Shown in pieces: positions 20,153-30,722 of a stretch of 32,265 nt of DNA; position 1 is the first letter of the stretch; each line of letters starts with the position of its first letter. The stretch is from Ministeria vibrans ATCC 50519 (taxonomy: Eukaryota; Protista; Filasterea). The translations under genes and the position numbers were made by a program. The notes below the pieces were generated by a model, which was not told the DNA's origin, did not search any database, and saw nothing but the letters and a program-made list of their open reading frames with translations. The stretch is taken from contig CALSCP010002371.1 of NCBI GenBank assembly GCA_943704425.1, positions 82,736-115,000 of the forward strand. Direction: 5' to 3'.

Positions 20153-23100
20153 ATGGCGAGCGAACGACCTCGGCGAAAAGTTGTGCGACCCAAAGTAGGA
20201 GAAGAAAGAGAAGCAGTTGTGTCGAGTGCACTGTGCGCCACAGCCCGTCTCCGGCGCACTCCCCTTGCCGCCCACCCGACCCCCGACCTTTTTCTACCAC
20301 CCCTCTGCTCTTCTTTCCTCTTTTTTTTCTGTCTCTCTCTCACACATCAGACAATATGATTGATTGATTTCCTTTTTTTTTTNNNNNNNNNNTTTTTTTT
20401 ATCTATCATCTCTCATTGTCTCATCTGTGGCCCCTCCTCCGTCTCTAGGAGGATACGCTGCTGTCGGTGCTTCCCGAGGAGGAGAAGGCAATCCTGCGAG
20501 CAATGAAGGAGTCGATGGCCACGGCACACTCTGCCGGTGGCGGTCAGAGTGGCGGGACGACCAGTCGCGCCAACGAAGGGCGCGCGACGGGCCGTTACGA
20601 CAACGCCATGATGCAGCAGGCGTTTGCTCTTGAGACGGCGCGCGACGGGGTTGCTGGCGAAGACGACGAGTTTATGGACTATCGTCGTCGCGCAAGGCAG
20701 ACGCACACGGGCGGCAGTCGTCCTGCGACGGCGACGGAAACGGCAGCGCTGTGGGGATCGCCTGTCGCGTCTGTGTCGGCGTCGACGAGAGGCGAGCAGC
20801 AGCAACAGCAGCAACAGCAGCCGCCGCCGCGCCAGGCAAAACTGAGCAGTGGACTTGCGTCGACGCCACACCCGCCGAGACCGTCAGTGCGTGCGTCCAA
20901 GCTGCCGCGGGATGGCGGTCGGTCGTCGACCTTACGTGGTGTCAGCGGTGGTGATCGCATGTTTCCAACTGCACAAGTGCCCGTGTTCTATCCGAGCCGC
21001 GCAGACTTTGCCGATCCAGCCGCGTACATTGCCAAGCTGCAGTCGTATGGCGATCGCTTCGGCATGGTCAAGATTGTCCCGCCGCTCGAGTTTCGACCGC
21101 CCTTTGCCGTGCTTCAGCAGGTCGCCAAGGTCGCGTCGGTGACGCAACCGGTGCACCAGCTCATGTGTCGCACCGGTGCCAACGTGGACTACCTCGACTG
21201 CCTGCGCTTCTTTTTGAGCGAGCGCAACATTCAACTGCGCACCCCGCACATTCAGAAGCGACCCATCGACCTGCCGCTACTGGCGCGTCTTGTGAGTAAC
21301 GCTGGAGGGATGAGTGCCGTCTCGGACCAAGGCAAGTGGGGTGAAATTGCCGATTTGATGCATTTGCCGCATGCATCGAAGCGCGACGAGAAACTCTGTG
21401 AGATCTACGTGGATCATCTGCTTCAGTTTGACCACCTGTCGACAGCGGAGCATATGCGGCTGCGACAGCGCGTGCGCGACATTGATCCGGCCGACTCTAC
21501 ACGGCTAGGCATGAGCCGTCATCTGGGCTCCTTTGCATTCACGCCGCGCTCGTCGTCGACCATGAAGGCGTTCCAGTCGGACGCCGAGAGCTTGCAGGCG
21601 GCTTGGATTGCCGATCGAACCATGACGGACGCGGCGTACGAGCAGGAGTTTTGGCGTCTGGTCGAGGAGCGCGAAGAGGCGTTTTACGCGCCGGTCGCCA
21701 GCAACATTGACACGCTGCAGGTGGGCAGTGGCTTTAGTCGGCGTGCGCTGCCGATGTCGGAACGCGAAACGGTGGCGGCCTCGTCGCTTGACGGCATCTC
21801 ACGCGCTATCAATCCGCAGCGCGTGGCCGAAGCGCGACGCGCGCTCGAGGACGATGCGGCTGCGTATGCCGATAGTCCTTGGAATTTGAATGTGCTACCA
21901 CGCCTGCCGTCGGGACTTCTTGCCTACCTACCCGAGAAGCTGTTGCCCGTCGTGACGGCGCCCTGGCTGGACTGCGGCGCGCTCTTTGGCGCGACACCCT
22001 GGCAGGTGGAAGATCAGGGTCTGTACACGGTACACTATATGCACTACGGCAGCAATCAGCGCTGGTACTCGGTGCCCTGTTCGCAGGCAGACGCTTTTGA
22101 GGAGGCTATGCGCGAGATTGTGCCTGAACTCTTTGATGCAATGCCCGACCTGTTACAGCGTCGCCTCACCATGGTGTCGCCGGGTCTGCTGCAGCGTCAT
22201 GGCGTGCCCGTGTACACGACGGTGCAGACAGCTGGTGAGTACATTGTGACGTTTCCGCGCGTATACCGTGCCGGCTTCTCCCAAGGACCCAACTGCATCG
22301 AAACGAGCGTGTTTGCGCCTGCCGAATGGATTCCGCATGGCATCAACAGCATGTACCTCAACTGCGAGCACACGCTGCGCAATGCCTTTAGCGTGCAAGA
22401 GCTTGTGACACGCGCCGCTCGCGAGTGTACCGACCCACACACGTGTCGCATTCTGCGCGACGCCATGGACGAGCTTATTGAAGAGGAGGATGCAATGCGC
22501 GCGCGTGCTGGCCAACTTCAGATTCTCAAGTTTTTTTCCATCAACAACAGCGACAAAAAACAACGCCCGCCACAGATTGTGACCAACGACGTGTCGTCCG
22601 ACTCGGACGGCAACACCTCAGACACGCCGGATGCCTCGCTGCCCGTAGCGTCAGGAGCGGCATCGCGTGGGGGCGAGCCATCGTCTCAGGAGGCCGACGG
22701 TAGCAGTGTGACCCAACGCAATCGACTCCGTGGTGCGCTGCGAACGCGACACATGACGAGACGGTCTGCGTCGCGTACCGGCTCGCTTGTGACGAGCAGT
22801 GCGGTTGCATGTTGCGTCTGCAAGAGCCTTGGCTACTGGTCGTTTGTCGTGTGTAGTTGTACGCCGACGCGTGCCACATGCATTATGCACTCTTTTGACA
22901 ATTGTGAGTGCGCAGCCGAGCAGAAGACGCTCTGGTACCGCTATCTTGTGGACGATCTGCAGACGTTGCGCAATCGCGTTGGCGCGTTGGCAGAGGAAGA
23001 GCCTGTGAGGACGCCCGAGGTGGTGAAGAAGGCCGACGAGGGAGCAAAGGAGACCGAGGAGAACGGGAATGACACGGAGAAGAAGGAGGAGGAAGGTGCG

Positions 23101-24965
23101 ACACCAATGGAGACGGATGAAGGGGTGAAAAAGGAGGGTGATACAGCAGTGAGTGATGATGTGAAGGGAAAGGGACCCAAGAAGTCGGCACCTTCAGTCG
23201 GAGCAGCAGCTGCATCAGCAGCTGCAGCATCATCGGTACCCACTACAGCAGCATCAGCAGCTGCAGCATCATCGGTATCCACTACGATGGTGAATCACAA
23301 TGGCGTAGAGCCATTGCTTGCACCGCGTGAGTCACCATTGGTGCGCCCTGTTGCACTGGGCGATGCCAAGGTGGACTCCTTTACTAGCAATGGTCAAGCT
23401 GTTGTCGTCAAGAGCTTTTCTGCATCGACTCCAGTCACGTAAATATAATAATAATAATAGTTATAATATTATAGTATTAATTTATTCCATCTTACACCTG
23501 TAGAGTTCAAGATGAAGGGACTGGCCGATTGCGAGTGTTTGATGTGGTTGGGACGAAGGAGATGACGCCGGTGTTTAATGCGAATGACGTGGACCACTGC
23601 TATGCGGTGACGCTGGAAACCGCACCGACGAGTGTACAGCTGCTTGTCAAGGCCATGTCGGGTGAGGATGAGATTCTCGTGTACGACTCGACGGTGGGTG
23701 CGATGCGCCCGCTCAAGGAGTTTGACACCGTCTCGTGCAATGCGGTGGGCGTGTACGAGATTACCCTTCCGCTCATGCCCATTCCCGATTGGATTTCCGC
23801 TCATCGTTTGGTTGTCACCAGTCGCCTGAGAACCAAAATGGTACTGCTTTTTGTTTTTTTTTTTGTTTCTTTTTTGTTGTGAATACTATAATATTATTAT
23901 AATTATTATATTATTATATATTGTTGTTGTTGTTGTTTTTATTATGATTAATTATGATTAATATTGTTGTTGTTGTTGTTTTTATTGTTGTTGTTGTGTA
24001 ATAGTCCGAGTACTCGGTGATGATTCGAACGGCGCCCTCTGACGGACCGTCGTCGGCGTCGAAGAAACGGAAGATTGCGCGCTTGCCACGTTCCAAGAAG
24101 ACGCGACGAGTGAACAAGGATCAAAAGCAGGCGGTTGAGAAGGGGGAGACGGAAGAGGGAAATGAGGAAGAGGAGGGGGAAGAAGAAGAAGAAGACGAAG
24201 AAGAAGACGAAGAAGAAGAAGAAGAAGAAGAGAACGCAGCAATGGACACGAGCGAAGGTGAGCCGTCGGAGAAGATGAAGCACCGATCGTTGACAAAAAA
24301 GGGGGATATGGTGGAGGACGAGCTGAGTGCGGACGGGGACACAGCAATGTCAGTGGTTGACGTGAGCGATGAGAACGACGAGGACGAGGACGATAAGGAT
24401 GGCGCAGTGAAACCGACGAAGAAGGTGAACTGGGTGGCGTATGGTGGGCCTGTTCGCTTGGAAGAGGATAGCGACGATGGCAACGACGCCAACGAGAGCG
24501 AAGAGAAGGAGGGAAAAAACGTAAAGAAAGCGGGGGCCGAGGGGACGGAGGAACAAGGGCACGATGGTGGCGAAGAGGAGGAGGAATGCAAGGCTCGACT
24601 TGTGGACGAGAACGAGCGAGTGTACCAGCCTGCCATTGCAGTGGTGCGCAACATGGCCAAGGTGCAGCGCGCAACACGTTCCGTTGAGGTTGCTGGCACG
24701 GGATTTCGACGTGCCACGCACGGGTTTAACCTGAGGTAAAGAATAGAAATTGAAGGAAAGAACATAACAATGATGATGATGATGATGTAGGGACTCGACG
24801 GGTGTGATTTTGCCCTGCAATGTGGTACACGTGAGCGACACGTCGTTGGTGATTGAGCTGGAAGAGGGAACGTTGAGTGGGGCAGCAGTGGGTGCGTTGC
24901 AGTTTACGGTGAAGCTGGACGCGACGCGTGAAACGCAACCAGTCGATGTGGGACTTCTTGATTAG
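20153..24965 (+). CDS. JARID2: JARID2-like / KDM5-related JmjN-ARID-JmjC-C5HC2 protein, catalytically inactive, ~1424 aa
   Basis: Exons 20153-20194, 20449-23438, 23504-23840, 24005-24735, 24791-24965 (4275 nt, phases consistent). JmjN VPVFYPSRADFADPAAYI...FGMVKIVPP; ARID; JmjC; C5HC2 finger; no PHD seen. The symbol is the best match by recalled motifs. Confidence 0.8.
23211..23285 (+). repeat. In-frame tandem duplication (~39-nt period) encoding ASAAAASSV(P/S)TT twice
   Basis: gcatcagcagctgcagcatcatcggta(c/t)ccactac occurs twice in tandem. Confidence 0.85.
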
Positions 24966-25023
24966 AGAATATGAGGGCAAAGCGTCATCTGGAAAATACA
25001 AAATATGTGATGATTTTTTTTGT

Positions 25024-26623
25024 TTATTCATCGAGCTGGCCAAAGAGATCTGTGCGGTGCTCTACAGCGCCCTGTGGATCGTCTTTAAAGCGCATTAGGA
25101 AGCCTAATAAAACGAATCAATGGTGTCCGAAGTGAATACATGGCTGGTGGTGTGTATCGTTACCCTGAAGATTGGCCATGCTGATGTGTCGCGAGGGCGA
25201 GGAGAGAAGGAGGGGCGCGGTGACATCGTCGCGACTGACAAGGTCGGTGTGAGCGGAACTCAAACCGAGGTTGGCGACAAAGGCATCGGCAAGGGAGTGA
25301 AGAGAGTTGTCGGTGGAGCAGGCGTAAAAGCGGAGGAAGAGCTGGTGCATCTGCTGGGGAGTTGCCCAGTCGAAAAGAACACGCACATCGATGCGACCCG
25401 GTCGAATGAGATTGGCTGCCAGTCGGTCGGCATGATTCGAGGTCATGATAAGAATGCGACCCTATGTGCAACGTAAGAAAAGAGAAATGGAATGAGCACT
25501 GTGACATACCTCTTGTGCGGCAACGCCATCGAGAGCGTTGAGCAACCCAGAGTAAGTGACTTGAGTGCCACTTTTCATGTCCGAGTCGCACTCGGCACCA
25601 CTTGAATCGCGTCTCTGAAAGGCATAGTCGACATCTTCTAGCAGGACAATGCAGCGAGTCGGAGCGCACGCGAGCAGCTCAGCGAGCGTCTCGTCGGTCG
25701 TGAGTGAATTGCTCACATTGATAGTGTACACGTGAAGCTCGAGGACACCGGCGAGGGCCGTCACAAAAGATGTTTTACCGCTTCCGGGAGGGCCGTAGAA
25801 GAGGTAACCGCGACGGTAGGGTATACCACGCGTGAGATACCACTCTTCGTTGCTAAGAAAGTCGCGAGCGTCCGCAATGAGAGTGTCAGCCAGACCAGGT
25901 GAGAGCACGACCGAGTCGACTGGCCGCTTGGGTCGACATCGTGATTTGCGCCAGTTGCCAAACTGATGAGAGAGAAAAAAAAAGAATGGTTTGTTATTAT
26001 CATATTGATCATAGAGAATCACCGCTGCCTTCAATAAATTCAAAGAAAAATCCTCCAGCTGGAGTTGTTTACCTGGTCACCCGTGTAGCAGACGGTCAGG
26101 TCATTGTCAAGGGTTTGAGATGTGCGATAGGCATCGGCAAGAATGGACTCAATGGTGCACCGTGAACGACCCAGGGTGGTCAGAGTAAAAGTCTGACGGA
26201 CGGAAATGAGAGAAGGAGGGAGGGAAAAGAAGTGAAGAAGAGGAGGGTACCTCAACTGGTTGAGTTCCGTTGGCCAATGTGTTCTCGGCATGACGACGAC
26301 GCAGCACGAGAATGCGCCCCCTGTGCGTAAGCATGTGCCAGCCGTAAGCTGGCGTAAAGGCAATGCGCGGCGTGTGGCCGGGCGAGAGAGAGTGGATATT
26401 GTCAATGTTGTGGGTTGAGGCAATGAGCTGCTGGACATTTGTCATGCGCGGATGTGCATTGAGCCACGCTTGAAGCCAGAAGAACGCCTGGTCGCGGGAG
26501 TCGACTGTCACGGTGGTGGTCAGACGCTCCAGCAGGAAGGAGACGCACGAGCGCACCACAGTGGAGAGCGAGCTGTAGACGTGGTAGGCGACAAAGATGG
26601 ACGCGGTGTTCTGACTCAAGCTG

Positions 26624-26669
<46 letters not shown>

Positions 26670-26703
26670 CACGTCGATGAAGCAGCTGAGGGGCGTGCAC
26701 AGG

Positions 26704-26741
<38 letters not shown>

Positions 26742-26880
26742 CTTACACAAGCCGCAGCTGGTTGTTGAGCAGTCGTTTGATGTTTTCTTCGTCGACAAAG
26801 CCAAACCATTTCTTCTCGTCGCCTGTCGGTGGCTTCCGGATCGTCGGAATGGCCATGCTACTAACCAAAAAGCGTGCCAT
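25024..26880 (-). CDS. BCS1-like mitochondrial AAA ATPase/chaperone
   Basis: Multi-exon; TVTVDSRDQAFFWLQAWL, FTPAYGWH, KRPVDSVVL, WYLTRGIPYRRGYLFYGPPGSGKTS (Walker A), LLEDVD (Walker B), VTYSGLLNALDGV, LIRPGRID, SMANLQGFLM. Confidence 0.9.
26626..26740. repeat. (GA)n and (GT)n microsatellites in the first BCS1-like intron
   Basis: Direct reading of two dinucleotide runs. Confidence 0.95.
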
Positions 26881-27409
26881 AGAAGCGGTGACTTCCTTAA
26901 GTGTCGAGAAAAAAAATATATTTAGTCTTAATTCTATTCTCAATTCTCGGCTCTCTGCGGACTAATAGAACAGTGAACAGTCAGAACAAGAGTGAACAAC
27001 TGAACAGGAGTTGAATCACACATGCACTTTCAGTGTGTTTGTCTTTCTGACTTGTGAGTTTATCGACCGTGGGAGATGCCGCCGCTGAAATGCCGTCGTG
27101 AGCGTTGGTCGGAAATTAATTGGTTTCAGTTTTATTTGGAAACAAAGTAAGATTGATTTTTTCACACTTATCGCAATTTCCGTTAAGCTTTCAAAGGTGG
27201 GTTGAGATGTTGCTTTGACCATACAACGTGCATGGTTTAGCGATGCTTTTTGTCGTTTGAGCTGACGGGTTGTTTTGGTTCAGTGAATGGGATCTAGAGG
27301 TGCGCGAGGGGATTCTCGCGCTTCAAAATCCGGCGAACGCCCGACACGCCTGGTGCGTAACCATGGACAGCACTATGATAGTAGGACACTCTCCTTGCTT
27401 GCCAAACAC

Positions 27410-27954
27410 ATGGAGGACGAGAAGAATGTACAGCAGGAGATTGACGCAGTGACGGCAAGTGCGAAGCAACTGCGAACTATTGACGACGACGCACAAGCGA
27501 TCGCAGCAGCAACCCCCGCCTCTAATTTGAGTGAAGAGACCGCCATGTCATTTTCTTCGTCGACGCAGGTCGATCCGACGCAGGAGGTACTTGTTTTTTG
27601 TTTACCTGAGGGCAGTCTAGGGTGCGAGTTTGACGCGACTTGATTGTTTCTCTCACCCTTCGTGTGTTGACTTAGAAGATGTCCCGTTCGGCACGGGCGC
27701 GTAAACGCAAGCTGTCCAGTCATTCGTTGCTCATCATACAGAGTGATAAGCGAGAGTGCGACGAGTGGCATCGCTATCGGACTGGTCGAGGTCGCCATGA
27801 CAACAACGACGACGACGACGATGACGACGATGACGACGACGATGCAGAAGAACTTGACGAAGAAGACGACGACGTCGATTGCAACGCGCCCAATAGCGAA
27901 TGCAGCAAAGGTGGTTGGACTGTGCTCGGTGGGAATCTGAGAAGAATGTACTAA
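27410..27954 (+). CDS. Orphan small protein with basic RARKRK patch and poly-Asp tract
   Basis: Two ORFs joined in frame by GT-AG intron 27587-27675; an alternative upstream in-frame ATG is at 27287. No recognised domain. Confidence 0.55.
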
Positions 27955-28206
27955 TATAAAAAATGTGAACACAAAATGTATCTCTGAGCTCACTTGTACC
28001 TTCATTAAAGATATAACATTCTGAATCGGGCTGAGGCCGACTAACCAAGGTCATCACAGCAGCTCATCATGCGTTGAAAATTATTACAAAAATTAAAATA
28101 TGAAGTTTTACCTGTCTGACCCAGATCAGTCTGATCACTTAAATTCCCACCTCGACTACTCGTGGCTCGTGTTTATTTGTTGCCCTATATTCCCACCTTT
28201 AATTAC

Positions 28207-29168
28207 ATGTTTGGTCTTCTCGTTGCTGGACGTCTGGTGCAAGGAAGTGCAACGCAGGTACATTTTCCTTTCGTGGGTTGAACGCGCAGGCTCATGGAGC
28301 AGCATCACTTGCGCAGGTCGACGTGAACAAGTGGGTGTTTCCCGTGGACGATGCTGAGAAAGCAAATCACATTGCAGTGTTTATGACGGGCGAGGTAAAG
28401 GAGAGGAGCGGAGGGAAGCGTCGAGAAACACTCGTTGCTAAAACGGCGCATGCCACATGTAGGAGGCGTTCCCCGAGGGCTACGGAGGCTCAGTGTACCT
28501 GGCCTGGCCTAGCGAGGAAGGATTGCTCGAGTGGCACCTTCTGGGCTACATCAGCAACGAAAAACCGTCGGCGATGTTTCGCTTGGCGGGAAAGCCCAAT
28601 CATCTGGGCGACGCGGCGCTCGCCATGGCCACGCAGTTTGGTGCAAGTGTCGCCGCTATGGACGCTTCCTATGGCGCTACCCTCGATCCCGTTTCTGGTG
28701 CACCGCTGGGTGTGGTTGCGCAGATTGGCGTCTCCATCGAGCCCTTAGCGGAACTGATGCAACAGACGGCGGCCAAGGTACCCGTCACTCGTTGACATGA
28801 TTGTATATATTCCATGTCACTTCAACATTCCTTTTATATGATAAGCTGAAAGTTCACCTTTGCTTTGTTTTATTTTTTTGTCATTGGAATGGTATGTAGA
28901 AGAGCGAACCAGAGACGTCGGTGCAGAACATGACTGCGTTTGCCACAAAGATGTTAGGCAACTTTGTCAACTATGCCATGTCCTTTGCCGTGTCGCCAGC
29001 TGCTGCATCTTCTAGCGAGGAGTATGTGCCCCTTTCGACGTTGACAAAGGTTGGAGCAAACCCTCCAATATAAGAGTAAATTAGTTAACTATTCTTTTTT
29101 TTTTGTAGTGGTACCAATCGTTTGAGCGGAAGCTCTCGATGAACCCAGATTACTGGAAGGAATTGTGA
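28207..29168 (+). CDS. HIKESHI: Hikeshi / OPI10 Hsp70 nuclear import carrier
   Basis: Five exons: MFGLLVAGRLVQ...NHIAVFMTG...FPEGYGGSVY...WHLLGYISNEKPSAMF...AQIGVSIEPL...NFVNYAMSFA...KWYQSFERKLSMNPDYWKEL*. Confidence 0.95.
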
Positions 29169-29702
29169 AGCGGACGAAGAGACGTATTGATCGTGAGACG
29201 CGCCCCAGATGAACTGTATATTGCATGCTGTACTAATGTATTGAACAACTAAGATGATTGCTTCCTGTTTGAAACTTGTGATAAAGCAATCATTGGATAT
29301 GTCTTTTGTATTTTCAATGTATATCTAATGTCATGTTCCGAAGATCGAGTGAGATGACATGTTCCGAAGACCGACTGAGACGGGGTGATGAAGAAAGAGA
29401 GAAAAAATGATCTTGAAAGACTGGCGTGTTTTAGCATAATTTATATAATTCTAATAATTATTGGGATTGATGAAAACAATGTTGGATGCAGTTGAGATAT
29501 TTGACTCCAGAGTCCAGACTCACGCGACACTCAGGTGACACGCAAGAGTTACTCTGAAATCACTTACAATTTCACAGCTCAGACTTGACTCCTGAATGAG
29601 TTGAGTAATTTGAGTTGCGACCGTGACTATGCGTCATGATTGAAAATACACTCTTAACTACAATTGCACGTCTTTATCCGCCGCCAGTGTACTCTTGGTG
29701 GG

Positions 29703-30722
29703 ATGTCGTCGTTCAAGAATGCGGCCAAGACGCAGTCGAAAACGCACCGTGAGCGGGCGCAGCCGCAGTCGCGTGCTCGTCTGGGCCTTTTGGAGAAGAA
29801 AAAGGACTACAAGCAGGTGCGTGGCGTTGCCCAAAGTGGACCCATTGCCACTACCAAGCTCTCTTTGGCGATACTGCCCTGAAGTAGAAGAGAGGCAAAC
29901 GCGAGAGACGTTGGAATTTTTGTGGAGACGCACGTTCAACGCCACGCGAAGTTTCAAGGCTTGCCTTGCCTCGCGCTGCCGCATACTCACCTCTTTGCCA
30001 TTGCGTAGCGATCAAAAGCATTCCACTTCAAGGAGCAGCGACTGCGAGCGATGCAGGAGAAGGCCGCCGCTCGAAATCCCGACGAATACTACGTCGCTAT
30101 GGCGTCGTCCAGGCTGCGGAACGGCAAGCATCGCAAGAACTACAAGGGTGCCGACGACGTGACTCACCTCAGCGCCGATACGCTCAAGCTGTACGGGACT
30201 CAGGATGCAAACTACATCCGACACAAACTCGCGGTCGATCGTGCCAAAGTCGAACGACTCCAGAGTACCTTGCATGGCATACACGGAGGCAAGTCTGCGG
30301 CAGGCGAGGTGGACGATGACGACGATGATGATTTGGGGCTGTTCTTTGACGAGGAACCGGCGAAGGAGAGGTCAGCAGCACAGGCGGCCCCGCCAAAACA
30401 CATTATCTTTGTCGACGGCCCTGTGAAGAAGGCAGTGCGCGAGCGAAAGAGGAAACGCGAGGAGGAGGAGGAAGGTATCGACGGTGCGGAGGAAGTAGCA
30501 ACAGAGAGAGATCCTGCTGTGGAAGCGCGGCTGCAGCGACGACTGGAGCACGCGTATCGCGAACTGGAAGGCCGCAAGAAACGCATGGCGGAACTGAGAC
30601 GGACTCAAGACGCAGTTGACCTGCGCCGCAACCTTATGCAAAAGGGTCCGCGACAGAAGATGTCGGGCGGAAAGGATGGAGCACCGCCCGTGTACAAGTG
30701 GAAGCAGCAGCGGAAACGGTGA
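29703..30722 (+). CDS. UTP11: U3 snoRNA-associated protein 11 (SSU processome)
   Basis: Exons 29703-29816 and 30009-30722: MSSFKNA...[20 protein letters not shown]...[10 protein letters not shown]...TQDANY...[11 protein letters not shown]. Confidence 0.95.

Noticed and set aside
29817-30008. Possible snoRNA in the UTP11 intron
   Set aside because: No clear C/D box pair or H/ACA box arrangement seen by eye.
567-30722. U12-type or non-canonical introns
   Set aside because: All introns I reconstructed are GT-AG. The SF3B1 intron-2 donor GTATCCTTG resembles the U12 consensus (GTATCCTT), but I saw no TCCTTAAC branch site near its acceptor, so it is left uncalled; intronIC scoring would decide.
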